Positions 8,741-18,448 of a stretch of DNA of 64,000 nt are shown here, piece after piece. Position numbers and translations under genes: made by a program. Every line of letters begins with the position of its first letter. Within the stretch, counting starts at the first letter, position 1. The notes under the pieces are model-generated. The model was not told where the DNA came from. It worked only from the letters and a program-made list of their open reading frames with translations, and searched no databases. The stretch covers positions 512,001 to 576,000 of the forward strand of contig JAYFMW010000017.1 in the NCBI GenBank assembly GCA_042408215.1, in the 5' to 3' direction. The stretch is from Microcoleus sp. Lineage in GTDB: Bacteria > Cyanobacteriota > Cyanobacteriia > Cyanobacteriales > Microcoleaceae.

Positions 8741-9913
8741 ATGTCAGACGACTTTTCCCTAGACGACCTTTTAAACAACAGTTACGACGCCTTCAAAGAC
8801 GCAGAAAATCAAGTGGGACAATGCAATGTTTTAGTCATCGGTAAAACAGGCGTAGGCAAAAGTACCCTGATCAATGCTGTTTTTCGCCAACGCTTAGCAG
8901 AAACCGGAGTCGGCCGCCCCATCACTCAAGGTATTCGCCAATATACCAAACCAAATTGCCCGATCGCAGTTTACGACACTCCCGGACTCGAACTCAACGC
9001 CGAACAAATTAAAATTATTCAATTAAACGTTGCTAAACTGATTGAAGACCAAAGACTTCTGCACCCCAAAGAACACATTCACGTCATCTGGTACTGTATC
9101 AATCACGGCGCAAATAGAATAGAATCTGTGGAGGAAGGCTGGCTAAGAGAAATGGAAATCATCGATGTACCAGTTATTTTAGTTCTCACTCAAACTACAT
9201 CAAAAAAACCCAGCGAGTTTTTCAAGCAACTGGAACACATGAATTTGCCAGTCAGTCAAGTTATCCCTGTCATGGCAGAACCGGAAGAAATTGATGAGGA
9301 TTATACAGTAAAATCTCACGGTTTAGATAAGTTGGTTGATGCCACTTTTCAACTACTACCGGAAGTAGCTCAAAAAGCTTTTGTCAAAGAACAAATTGCC
9401 AATATTGCGCTTAAATCCGACATGGCATTTAAGTATGTAACTGCTTATGTTGCCGGTTCTGCGATTGTCGGTGCAACTCCTGTGCCGTTTGCTGATGCGC
9501 CAATTTTGATGGCTATGCAAACGGCAATGATTGCTAATATTACTGTGATTTTTGGAATGCCTTTTGATCGGGGATTTATCTCGGCGATGCTGTCTGCTAT
9601 TAGCGGTGCTGGTGGGGTGACTGCTGTTGGCAGAAGTATTGTGACTAATTTGATTAAAATGATTCCCGGTGCGGGTACAATTGTGGGTGGTGCTATCTCC
9701 GGTGCAACGGCGGCAACTCTTACGCTTGCTCTCGGTTTGGCTTACATTGAAGTGCTTAAAGTTTATATGAAATCTCAAATTAATGGGGAACAACTTTCTT
9801 TGTCGCAGTTAACCAAGATGTTTGTGGATTTGTATAAGGATTATGCAGCTTCTGGGCGTAAAACTTTGAAGGATGAGCAACCGAAGGCTCCTAATCAAAT
9901 TAATATTGAATAA
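8741..9913 (+). CDS. P-loop GTPase with C-terminal DUF697/YcjF-like domain
   Basis: GKTGVGKS (G1), DTPG (G3) and a hydrophobic C-terminus with PVPFAD. Confidence 0.85.
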   Translation: MSDDFSLDDLLNNSYDAFKDAENQVGQCNVLVIGKTGVGKSTLINAVFRQRLAETGVGRPITQGIRQYTKPNCPIAVYDTPGLELNAEQIKIIQLNVAKLIEDQRLLHPKEHIHVIWYCINHGANRIESVEEGWLREMEIIDVPVILVLTQTTSKKPSEFFKQLEHMNLPVSQVIPVMAEPEEIDEDYTVKSHGLDKLVDATFQLLPEVAQKAFVKEQIANIALKSDMAFKYVTAYVAGSAIVGATPVPFADAPILMAMQTAMIANITVIFGMPFDRGFISAMLSAISGAGGVTAVGRSIVTNLIKMIPGAGTIVGGAISGATAATLTLALGLAYIEVLKVYMKSQINGEQLSLSQLTKMFVDLYKDYAASGRKTLKDEQPKAPNQINIE

Positions 9914-9932
9914 ATTGGGCATGAGCATGGGG

Positions 9933-10103
9933 CCTAGGGCGTGTTTTCAAACTACTGATTATGAACCGAATCTCTCGAAGCTCCCCCTCCCATCCCCTGA
10001 AAAAGGGAGTAGGGTGTGAGTATGGGTTGACGAAAGAGACTCTTTCTCCCCCCTTGTTAAGGGGGGCCGGGGGGGATCTTAGAGTTTGAAAACACGCCCT
10101 AGG
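9933..10103. mobile_element. MITE (family B) with 21-bp terminal inverted repeats
   Basis: CCTAGGGCGTGTTTTCAAACT ... AGTTTGAAAACACGCCCTAGG. Confidence 0.8.
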
Positions 10104-10207
10104 GTATTACTAAAGACTTGACAAATTGCCGATTGTTTGCTGATTAATTTAATAGAAGATATTGGCAATAAACAATAAATCAGTTCGCGATCGCACTTCG
10201 ACTCCTC

Positions 10208-10271
10208 GAAACCGGGTTTTTACCGAAGCTAAGGGCTGCAACCCGTCTTTTCGTAAAAAAACCAGGTTTCT
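10208..10271. repeat. Single copy of the GAAACCGGGTTTT...AAAACCCGGTTTC palindromic repeat
   Basis: Same family as the arrays at 12798 and 33602. Confidence 0.7.
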
Positions 10272-10401
10272 GGGCCCCCATGCGTCCTGGACTATAAATT
10301 TGGTAAATTTGCAGAAAATCTCCCAGGGGGGTAAGATATCTATTGCTTTGTTTGCAGATATAGCGTAAATTCCGATCGCCCTTAAAACCAATAATCAAAA
10401 T

Positions 10402-10719
10402 ATGTCCAAGACTTACACCGTTGAGTTTCTCCACCAAGGCCGTACCTACACCGTAGAAGTGCCAGAAGATCAACAACTTCTGCGCGCAGCCAACGCCGCC
10501 GGCATTGATTTGCCGAATTCTTGCAATGCAGGGGTTTGTACTACCTGTGCTGCTAAAGTTATTGAAGGCGAGGTTGACCAAAGCGGTGGTATGGGGGTGA
10601 GTGCTGAACTTCAGGCGGAAGGTTACGTGTTGTTGTGCATTGCTTATCCCCGATCGAACTTGAAGATAGAAACAGAAAAAGAAGATATTGTCTACGATCG
10701 CCAGTTCGGTAAACCCTAG
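10402..10719 (+). CDS. Plant-type 2Fe-2S ferredoxin
   Basis: LPNSCNAGVCTTC...LLCIAYPRS. Confidence 0.95.
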   Translation: MSKTYTVEFLHQGRTYTVEVPEDQQLLRAANAAGIDLPNSCNAGVCTTCAAKVIEGEVDQSGGMGVSAELQAEGYVLLCIAYPRSNLKIETEKEDIVYDRQFGKP

Positions 10720-10775
10720 AACTACGTTAAAATAGACACAACTACCGAGAGCGGTAAAAAACTATGGATCGCCCT

Positions 10776-10979
10776 ATGACTACCCATTTCATTTCCGCAG
10801 AAGTTGACCTCCAGAATACAGCCGAGGAACTTGACTCGGCGATCAAAATTGAACTGCAAAAGCACGGCGAACCCCTGCGCTGGGCTGTTACAGACGTGGA
10901 TGTCGATCGCCAAAAAGCAGTGGTAGAAGGCTACGTGCTCGTGGAATTACCGGCTACAGCATCAAGAGCAACAGCGTGA
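10776..10979 (+). CDS. Conserved small cyanobacterial hypothetical protein
   Basis: GEPLRWAVT motif; stop overlaps the next start (GTGA). Confidence 0.75.
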   Translation: MTTHFISAEVDLQNTAEELDSAIKIELQKHGEPLRWAVTDVDVDRQKAVVEGYVLVELPATASRATA

Positions 10980-12094
10980 ACCTGCGTCCTTTCACAGTGG
11001 TTTTGATAGTCCCCACAGGCGTTGGAGCGTCGATCGGGGGCTTTGCGGGAGATGCGTTACCTGTTGCTAGGGCGATCGCCCAAATTTCAGATACCCTGAT
11101 TACTCACCCCAACGTCCTCAACGGCGCTCAACTTTATTGGCCCATACCTAACGCTCTCTATGTCGAAGGCTACGCCCTTGACAAATTTGCACAAGGATGC
11201 TGGGGGCTCCAACCAGTACATCAAAATCGCATCGGCTTAATCCTCGATCGCGGCATTGAACCGGAATTGCAACTGCGCCAACTGCAAGCTGCTGATGCTG
11301 CTAGAGCTACATTAGGTTTGAATATAACAGATTATGTTTTAACCGATCGCCCTCTGGAAGTAGAATTGCGAATGTCGGAATCAGGCGCATCTTGGGGGAC
11401 GATCGCGAATCCCGACAGTCTATTACGCGCTGCTGAAAAATTAATTACCCAAGCAAAAGTCCAGGCGATCGCAGTTGTAGCCAGATTTCCCGAAGACGAA
11501 GGCAGCAAAGCCCTCGAAAACTACCGCCACGGCACGGGAGTTGACCCTCTGGCTGGCGCTGAAGCAGCGATCAGTCACCTGATTGTTAGAACATTTAAAA
11601 TCCCCTGTGCTCACGCTCCCGCCCTGTTACCGCTTCCCCTCGATCCGCATCTGTCACCGCGATCGGCCGCTGAGGAAATCGGGTATACTTTTTTACCTTG
11701 CGTACTCGCGGGTCTCAGTAAAGCCCCGCAGTTTGTCACTCCTACTGTGGGACAGGCATCTTGCCTGTCGCAGGTATTAGGCGGGCAAGATGCCCGCACC
11801 ACACAGATATGGGCCGATGGAGTCGATGCCGTTGTCATACCCGCCACAGCCTGCGGTGGCAGTGCTATTCTGAGTTTGAGCGGGCGATCGACAGTACAAA
11901 TTATTGCAGTGGGCGACAACAAAACCCAAATGCAAGCTCCTCCAGAAAAACTCGGAATCAAAGCTTTGCAGGTAAACTCATATTTAGAGGCGATCGGAGT
12001 CTTAGTCGCTTTGCGAGCCGGCATCACCACCGCCTCCTTGGGTGCAGACATCTCTCCCCTAGGATGTTTGTCTGATTCAACTAAACAAATCTAA
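10976..12094 (+). CDS. DUF3326 domain protein
   Basis: IVPTGVGASIGGFAGDA, ITHPNVLN, GVDPLAGAEAAISH and PCAHAP motifs. Confidence 0.9.
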   Translation: MNLRPFTVVLIVPTGVGASIGGFAGDALPVARAIAQISDTLITHPNVLNGAQLYWPIPNALYVEGYALDKFAQGCWGLQPVHQNRIGLILDRGIEPELQLRQLQAADAARATLGLNITDYVLTDRPLEVELRMSESGASWGTIANPDSLLRAAEKLITQAKVQAIAVVARFPEDEGSKALENYRHGTGVDPLAGAEAAISHLIVRTFKIPCAHAPALLPLPLDPHLSPRSAAEEIGYTFLPCVLAGLSKAPQFVTPTVGQASCLSQVLGGQDARTTQIWADGVDAVVIPATACGGSAILSLSGRSTVQIIAVGDNKTQMQAPPEKLGIKALQVNSYLEAIGVLVALRAGITTASLGADISPLGCLSDSTKQI

Positions 12095-12127
12095 AATCTA
12101 AAAATCTAAAAATCTAAAATTGATTAA

Positions 12128-12724
12128 GTGGCAGAAAAACTTCCCGAAAATCCCGAATTTGAACCCTTGACACGCACCCAAGTTTTAATAGCAATGGCTG
12201 TGACAGCAGTAATATTGCTGGCGGTAGCTAAATTGTGGTTGCAATTTGGAGCCGTATCGCTTTTGCCGGTCAAATTAATCGGAATTGATTTGCTCAAAGG
12301 ATGTGCGATCGGATTAGCAATTTCCGGCGTTAGTGCGATCGTTTATCACCTCTGGCCCGGCTATCGGCGCAGTGCCGACGTTTACCTAGAAGTAGTCCTC
12401 AAACCCTTATTTTGGCCTGATTTAATCTGGTTGGGATTGCTACCCGGACTTAGTGAAGAATTGCTATTTCGAGGCGTGATGATATCTGCTTTAGGATTAA
12501 ATATTACTGCTTTAGTTTTATCGAGTTTGTCTTTTGGCATTTTACACTTAGGCGGAATGCAGCAATGGCCCTATGCAGTGTGGGCGACAGCAGTAGGATT
12601 GCTGTTAGGTTACAGTGTTTTAGATACTGGTAATTTGTTAATCCCAATTGTAGCTCATATTTGTACAAATTTAATTTCTAGCTGTATTTGGAAGTGGGAA
12701 AACCAGGCCGTCAAGCGATTTTGA
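12128..12724 (+). CDS. CPBP (CAAX/Abi) intramembrane metalloprotease
   Basis: SEELLFRG, FGILH and AHICTN motifs; multiple TM segments. Confidence 0.9.
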   Translation: MAEKLPENPEFEPLTRTQVLIAMAVTAVILLAVAKLWLQFGAVSLLPVKLIGIDLLKGCAIGLAISGVSAIVYHLWPGYRRSADVYLEVVLKPLFWPDLIWLGLLPGLSEELLFRGVMISALGLNITALVLSSLSFGILHLGGMQQWPYAVWATAVGLLLGYSVLDTGNLLIPIVAHICTNLISSCIWKWENQAVKRF

Positions 12725-12774
12725 ACCCCGCGCCTCTAGACCGGGTTCCCGTCGGGTGCCCGAGTTTTCGCCCC

Positions 12775-13037
12775 GGTCTGAGCCCCATGCGTAAATCAAA
12801 GAAACCGGGTTTTTTACTGAATCTGTTGGTGACAACGAAGTATTTCGGAAAAACCCGGTTTCTGAGCCCCATGCGTAAATCCAAGAAACCGGGTTTTTTC
12901 CCGAATCTGTTGGTGACAACGAAGTATTTCGCAAAAACCCGGTTTCTGAACCCCATGGGTAAATCAAAGAAACCGGGTTTTTTACTGAATCTGTTGGTAA
13001 CAACGAAGTATTTGGCAAAAACCCGGTTTCTGAGCCC
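12775..13037. repeat. Tandem array of three 84-bp palindromic units between convergent genes
   Basis: AAGAAACCGGGTTTTT...AAAACCCGGTTTCT at about 12798, 12882 and 12966. Confidence 0.9.
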
Positions 13038-13080
13038 CTCGACTCCGCCCAAGAAACGTGCGTAAGTCTTAATACAAAAA

Positions 13081-14622
13081 CTACAATTCTTCTTCCTCCA
13101 CGTCAACTCCATGAATCTGAGCCGGAGTTGCGGGAATTGCGGCAATGATTGCATCAATCACCTTGGCTACTGGAATAATCTGCATTCCCAAATCTGGCAC
13201 CGGTTGATTCTTGGGAATAATCGCTCTTTTAAAACCTAGTTTCGCGGCCTCTCTTAGCCTTAATTCTAATTGGGAAACAGGGCGAACTTGTCCACCTAAA
13301 CCGACTTCTCCCAGTAAAATTGTCCTCGCATCGACAATGCGATCGCGAAAACTGGCCACAACGGCGATCGCAATTGCCAAATCCGCCGCCGGTTCCTCCA
13401 CCTTCAACCCCCCCACCGATGCTACAATCGTATCCAATTTAGACAAAGGAATCCCGACTCTTTTCTCCAAAACAGCCAGAATTTGCTGCAATCTACTATT
13501 ATCCACCCCCGTAGTAGAACGGCGGGGCGAACCAAAACTCGCAGGACTGACTAAGGCCTGAATTTCAACTAAAATCGGTCTAGTTCCTTCGCAAGTAACA
13601 GTCGTCGAAGTACCGGGCGAAAACTCGTCCCGATTTCCTAAAAATAACTCCGATGGATTATCTACTTCTCGCAATCCGTGTGCTACCATTTCAAAGACAC
13701 CGATTTCGTGAGTTGCTCCAAAACGGTTTTTCATCGATCGCAAAAGTCGATGAGAAGCAAAGCGATCGCCCTCAAAATAAAGTACAGTATCTACTAGATG
13801 TTCCAAAACCCTCGGCCCCGCCAAAGATCCATCTTTAGTAACATGACCGACAATAAATAAAGTAATATTTTCTCTTTTTGCAACCTGCATCAAAGCCGAC
13901 GTACATTCCCGCACCTGAGCCACCGAACCCGGAGCCGATGTTAAACTAGCAAAATAAATAGTCTGGATACTATCAATCACCGCCACATGAGGTTTCAGCG
14001 CTTCCAACTCCCGCAAAACTACTTCTAAATCCGTCTCCGGTAGCAAATAGAAATTCTCCGCTGAATTGTCAACATCCGCCTCAACTGAACCCTGAACTGT
14101 TCCCCCATTGCGATCGGATTTATGTGCAGCATCACTTGACAAATCAACCGGATTAGCCACTCCCAAACGCTGCGATCGCAACTTCACCTGCTGGCCAGAC
14201 TCTTCCGCACTGACATACAGTATGCGATCCTTACGCGCCAACTGATTCGCCACCTGTAACAACAGCGTCGATTTCCCAATCCCCGGTTCCCCCCCAATCA
14301 ACACCAGGGAACCGGGAACAATACCACCTCCCAAAACTCGATCGAGTTCAGCATAGCCCGAAGGCCAACGAGACTGAGTTTGGTCAGCAATCTGCGATAA
14401 TCTAAAAGATACCCTGGCTTGACCCTTCGACTTATCAGGAGGCGAACCGCCCGGTTGCCTAGTCGTTACCCCAGTCAAGCCAGCTCGTGGCACAGCAGAA
14501 GTAGGCGTTTCTACCTGCTCGTCAAAAGAATCCCACTTCTGACAGCTAGGACACCTGCCAAAATATTGTGGCGAATCATACCCACATTCCCGACAAATAT
14601 ATTGTATCCGAGGCTTTGCCAT
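13081..14622 (-). CDS. radA: DNA repair protein RadA/Sms
   Basis: C4 zinc finger, GGEPGIGKS, KNRFG and Lon-like C-terminus. Confidence 0.97.
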   Translation of the reverse strand: MAKPRIQYICRECGYDSPQYFGRCPSCQKWDSFDEQVETPTSAVPRAGLTGVTTRQPGGSPPDKSKGQARVSFRLSQIADQTQSRWPSGYAELDRVLGGGIVPGSLVLIGGEPGIGKSTLLLQVANQLARKDRILYVSAEESGQQVKLRSQRLGVANPVDLSSDAAHKSDRNGGTVQGSVEADVDNSAENFYLLPETDLEVVLRELEALKPHVAVIDSIQTIYFASLTSAPGSVAQVRECTSALMQVAKRENITLFIVGHVTKDGSLAGPRVLEHLVDTVLYFEGDRFASHRLLRSMKNRFGATHEIGVFEMVAHGLREVDNPSELFLGNRDEFSPGTSTTVTCEGTRPILVEIQALVSPASFGSPRRSTTGVDNSRLQQILAVLEKRVGIPLSKLDTIVASVGGLKVEEPAADLAIAIAVVASFRDRIVDARTILLGEVGLGGQVRPVSQLELRLREAAKLGFKRAIIPKNQPVPDLGMQIIPVAKVIDAIIAAIPATPAQIHGVDVEEEEL

Positions 14623-14786
14623 TGTTTACAATAATAAATAATCACCTTAACATTGTGTCAAAGTCTGAACAAAAGCAATCATCAAGCTTTCAGACCAGTC
14701 GCGACAGGCGGATCGGTTTGTGTCTTAATCATAGGGTACAAAAAATTAAGATTATCTGAAATGTAACTTAAGGAGTGTTCAGTAAC

Positions 14787-15515
14787 TTGGAAAACCATAA
14801 AGAAAAAATTCTGGTAGTCGATGACGAAGCCAGCATCCGCCGCATCCTGGAAACTCGCCTTTCGATGATTGGCTACGATGTCGTCACCGCAGCAGACGGT
14901 GAAGAAGCTCTCGATATATTTCGCAACACCGAACCAGATTTAGTGGTTTTGGACGTGATGATGCCAAAACTAGACGGCTATGGCGTTTGTCAGGAGTTGC
15001 GGAAGGAATCCGACGTGCCTATCATCATGCTAACCGCTTTGGGAGACGTAGCCGATCGCATCACCGGTTTAGAATTAGGCGCCGACGATTACGTCGTCAA
15101 ACCTTTTTCTCCCAAAGAATTAGAAGCCCGCATCCGTTCAGTGCTGCGTCGCGTTGACAAAAACGGCTCCTCTGGAATTCCCAGTTCGGGAGTCATCCAA
15201 GTCACTAATATTAGGATAGACACCAACAAGCGCCAAGTTTATAAAGGTGACGAACGAATTCGGCTCACAGGCATGGAATTCAGCTTGTTAGAGCTGCTTG
15301 TCAGCCGTTCTGGAGAGCCTTTTTCGCGATCGGAAATTTTGCAGGAAGTTTGGGGATATACGCCTGAGCGCCACGTAGACACCCGTGTAGTGGACGTTCA
15401 CATCTCGCGGCTTAGGGCAAAGTTAGAAGACGACCCTAGCAATCCCGAATTAATTCTCACCGCCCGCGGCACAGGCTATCTATTCCAGCGAATTGTCCAG
15501 CCTGGGGAAGCTTGA
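14787..15515 (+). CDS. rpaB: OmpR-family response regulator RpaB (Ycf27)
   Basis: ENHKEKILVVDDEASIRRILETRLSMIGY...LTARGTGYLFQR; TTG start at 14787 assumed (GTG at 14775 possible). Confidence 0.95.
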   Translation: MENHKEKILVVDDEASIRRILETRLSMIGYDVVTAADGEEALDIFRNTEPDLVVLDVMMPKLDGYGVCQELRKESDVPIIMLTALGDVADRITGLELGADDYVVKPFSPKELEARIRSVLRRVDKNGSSGIPSSGVIQVTNIRIDTNKRQVYKGDERIRLTGMEFSLLELLVSRSGEPFSRSEILQEVWGYTPERHVDTRVVDVHISRLRAKLEDDPSNPELILTARGTGYLFQRIVQPGEA

Positions 15516-15522
15516 TCAAGCC

Positions 15523-15717
15523 AGTTGACAGTTGATGGTTGACAGTTAACGGTTAACAGTTGACGGTTGACAGCCAACAGCCAACAGTCAACAGCCAACA
15601 GCCAACAGTCAACAGTCAACAGCCAACAGCCAACAGTCAACAGCCAACAGCCAACAGCCAACAGCCAACAGCCAACAGTCAACAGCCAACAGCCAACAGT
15701 CAACAGCCAACTGACCA
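15523..15717. repeat. Heptamer STRR array (GTTGACA arm, then complementary CAACAGY arm)
   Basis: Tandem heptamers running up to the next start codon. Confidence 0.9.
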
Positions 15718-16368
15718 ATGACTAAATCTGACCCAAATCGAGTTTTGCGACAATTGCCCTTAGTTGCAGGAGGATTAGCAGGTACGCTGCTGATGGTCAA
15801 TCGCTTGCTAACAGAGCAAATAACAGACTCTCAAGCTCGCTCCGATGCTTTGGGAGTCATTGTCAGCGCCCTGCTGATTTTAACAGGTTTGCTGTGGCAG
15901 CAAGTACAAGCGCGATCGCCCGATTCCGTAAAACTCATGGGCGAAGAAGGTTTTGAATTTGCGCCGGATTTGCCGGATGTTGTCAAAATAGAATTGGCTT
16001 GGGTGTCACGTTTGCTGTTGACAAATACTGCCACAAGGGCGATCGTGATTGTGTATCAAGGAAAAGTCCTATTGCGGCGTGGCATTTTAGGCATCAATCC
16101 CGAAGTAAAACCAGGGCCAATCTTGCAGCGAGTCTTTGACAAAAACAAGCCAATTTATTTAGTAAATCTCAATATTTATCCAGGGCGAATTGAATTTGAC
16201 TATTTGCCAGAAAATACCCAAGGAGTCATCTGTCAGCCCATCGGTAGTCAAGGCGTTTTAATTTTAGGTGCTAACGCGCCCCGCAGCTATACAAAACAAG
16301 ATGAAAACTGGGTTGAAGGCATTGCCGAAAAACTAGAAAATACCCTCAGTCAGCACCTAAATTCCTAA
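15718..16368 (+). CDS. Cofactor assembly of complex C subunit B (CCB2/CCB4 family)
   Basis: SQARSDALG, ELAW, LYPGRIEF-like and APRSYTKQDENW motifs; usual position after rpaB. Confidence 0.85.
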   Translation: MTKSDPNRVLRQLPLVAGGLAGTLLMVNRLLTEQITDSQARSDALGVIVSALLILTGLLWQQVQARSPDSVKLMGEEGFEFAPDLPDVVKIELAWVSRLLLTNTATRAIVIVYQGKVLLRRGILGINPEVKPGPILQRVFDKNKPIYLVNLNIYPGRIEFDYLPENTQGVICQPIGSQGVLILGANAPRSYTKQDENWVEGIAEKLENTLSQHLNS

Positions 16369-16454
16369 GTAAAGAGTATTCTAAAATTTAAAATCTAAGA
16401 TCGAAAATTCCATGACTTCAGAAACATTGCGTATCTTTCTATATCCAGTCATAT

Positions 16455-16620
16455 TGTAGGGGCGGGTTTACCAACCATATAGATGGAAAACCCAAAATTC
16501 CATAAACCCGCCCCAACCCCACCAACAATCTAAATGTACATTCATATTTAGCGTGGGGCGGGGGCGGGTTTATTTAGATTGTTCGTCATTGTTATATATG
16601 GTTGGTGAACCCGCCCCTAG
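16455..16620. repeat. GGGGCGGGTT...AACCCGCCCC palindromic repeats, two pairs
   Basis: Inverted pairs seen directly between convergent genes. Confidence 0.7.
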
Positions 16621-16642
16621 GAATATTGAAATGGCTGGACTA

Positions 16643-17320
16643 CTACCGAGCCCAATCAGTACCGCGCCACATCATAAAAAACAAAACTGCCGAAATCAGC
16701 GCGCCCAGCAGCCACTTAACAGCATTTTTGAATAGCGCCAACCGCTGATTTGACTGAACCGCTGCGCTTTGCGTCTGCAAGCGTTCCTTAGCCGGAGTAA
16801 TTCTCGAAAGAATTTGGTTTTTCAGTTCCTGCGGGTTTTTCGTATCCGCTTGTACCCCCAAACGAGTAAGTTCACTCGCCAAATTATTTAAATCTTCAGG
16901 AGTACCTTTCTTCAAACGTTCTTCTACCTGCTGCAACTGAGCTAATTGTTGCTTTGCTTGAGTAGTAATTTGCTGGTTGTTTTGGTTGTTGACAGAGATA
17001 GTGCCAAAAATTCCCAAAGGCAGCATCAAGATAAATATCAGGGCCAGCAGCAGACACACCCAAGACAACATCTTTAAAAAAATGTCTTCGAAACGTCTGC
17101 GATCGTAATCCTCTCCAAAAAAGATCAGCGCCATTGCTAATAGAGGAACTGGTATCCGTTCCACGAGAGCTCCAATCGTCTGCAATTCCCAGAGACGGTT
17201 GCCAAAATTTGCCGGTGTCAGAACAGCGATCGTATCTAATAACGACAAAATTAATAGACCGTAACCAACCCAGCGCAGCCTATATATAGAAAAACCTTGT
17301 TCGCCTTGTATCTCATTCAT
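16643..17320 (-). CDS. hpsJ: HpsJ-like protein, cyanoexosortase A-associated
   Basis: LRWVGYGLL, WELQTIGALVER.PVPLL, four TM segments and a Gln-rich loop; lies downstream of crtA. Confidence 0.8.
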   Translation of the reverse strand: MNEIQGEQGFSIYRLRWVGYGLLILSLLDTIAVLTPANFGNRLWELQTIGALVERIPVPLLAMALIFFGEDYDRRRFEDIFLKMLSWVCLLLALIFILMLPLGIFGTISVNNQNNQQITTQAKQQLAQLQQVEERLKKGTPEDLNNLASELTRLGVQADTKNPQELKNQILSRITPAKERLQTQSAAVQSNQRLALFKNAVKWLLGALISAVLFFMMWRGTDWAR

Positions 17321-17721
17321 CAGAAAAATGGGTAGAAACCCCGTCCTTTTAGGACGGCTTTACATTTTTGATTTACTACCGCCTTGGGACTGGTTGGCGG
17401 GAGTGTGCTTTTGTGTTGCACTTTCAACGGGACAATTACCGCCTCAAACTTCCCAGCCCTGTACGCATAGTGTTTTGCTCTTTCGAGCCTCCCTTGCGGG
17501 GTAAAGTTAGCCTCGCCAAGGTTTAATGAGCTTGTGCCGGCCCGTAGCACTGTCTCAGTTACCTTAAGACTGTTTAACTACCAGCGACAGAGCTCTTAAC
17601 TAGCTTCGCATTCTCCCGGTGTCGTGACTCAAAAAACGTAGCCAGTTAAGACTTAGGCTGGTCAGAACGGCTTGTTAGATTTTTCCTTCAAGCCTCATGC
17701 CTTTAGGCTGAGGTTCCTGAC
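17321..17721 (-). mobile_element. Non-autonomous IS200/IS605 IscB-type mini-element (omega-RNA plus internally deleted iscB)
   Basis: Subterminal hairpins CCTCAGCCTAAAGGCATGAGG and CCGTCCTAAAAGGACGG; no intact nuclease ORF. Confidence 0.8.
17480..17721 (-). ncRNA. IscB omega-RNA (HEARO-like) scaffold; 3' boundary approximate
   Basis: 5' GTCAGGAAC hairpin, TGACCAGCCTAAG, CTACGTT, GTTAAACAG and TTGGCGAGG motifs in HEARO order. Confidence 0.75.
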
Positions 17722-17779
17722 AGAATAATAGACCTGTTGTTAACAAAATGTCGATCGAAACCACCGTACAGCAATTGAC

Positions 17780-18448
17780 TCAAGGTTCAGGAAATCGCGG
17801 CTGCCACCACTCATACCAAGAAACCCAAGCATTCTCTAGAATTTTCTTGGCATTTTCGGGAGTTGTTTTATCCAACGGCACAGACATCTGAGTCCACAAA
17901 CAGCGCTTGTCTTGAATATTTCCCCTACCCGACAGCCAAAATACAATGCGGTTGAACTGCAAGTCACGAGTATTCCGATTGTATCTAAACTGTTCGTCAG
18001 TCACTGTAGTACGGCCGCGAGGATTGATACAGGAACTCAGATATAGTCGATTTTGCTGTTGCAAAATTCCGTGAAAGCCCACCCTTTGAGTATTTGCTAA
18101 TTCTAGTTTACCAGGAGACGACTTGAGAACAGTATGTCCTTTCATCATACTTTCCACATCCCCACTGGTTCCTACCACATAGCGCATCTCTATTGCTAGA
18201 GCCTGGTTATTTTTTTGATATTCATATTTCCTCCCCACCTTAACTTGTGAAGTATCGCTAATTTTCAGGGGTGCGCTCTTCTGCATTTGCCACTCAGCTA
18301 GAGGCACTGACTCGGGAAACTCAAACGGGGTTGCAGAAAGATTGCCAGCCGATGGGTAGAATGTCAACTTTCCTACAACTAATAAAACCCCTGCAAATGT
18401 CACCGCTAAAATAGAAATTCTAGCTGTTTTCCAATAGGTAATAGCCAT
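17780..18448 (-). CDS. Cyanoexosortase A system-associated protein
   Basis: YLSSCINPRG.TTVT..QF and RCLW motifs; TAATG coupling with crtA. Confidence 0.85.
   Translation of the reverse strand: MAITYWKTARISILAVTFAGVLLVVGKLTFYPSAGNLSATPFEFPESVPLAEWQMQKSAPLKISDTSQVKVGRKYEYQKNNQALAIEMRYVVGTSGDVESMMKGHTVLKSSPGKLELANTQRVGFHGILQQQNRLYLSSCINPRGRTTVTDEQFRYNRNTRDLQFNRIVFWLSGRGNIQDKRCLWTQMSVPLDKTTPENAKKILENAWVSWYEWWQPRFPEP

Noticed and set aside
12671..13157. Several overlapping ORFs (KKPGF/ETGF repeats)
   Set aside because: Artefacts of the 84-bp repeat, open on both strands; likewise 33628-34292 and 10149-10391.
15476..15800. ORFs with CWLLAV, FPIPNS or WGMGNG repeats
   Set aside because: Translations of heptamer STRR tracts; also 22444-22722 and 55017-55396.
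17320..17550. 76-aa protein-coding gene
   Set aside because: It spans omega-RNA, the iscB remnant and the end hairpin; better explained as non-coding element sequence.
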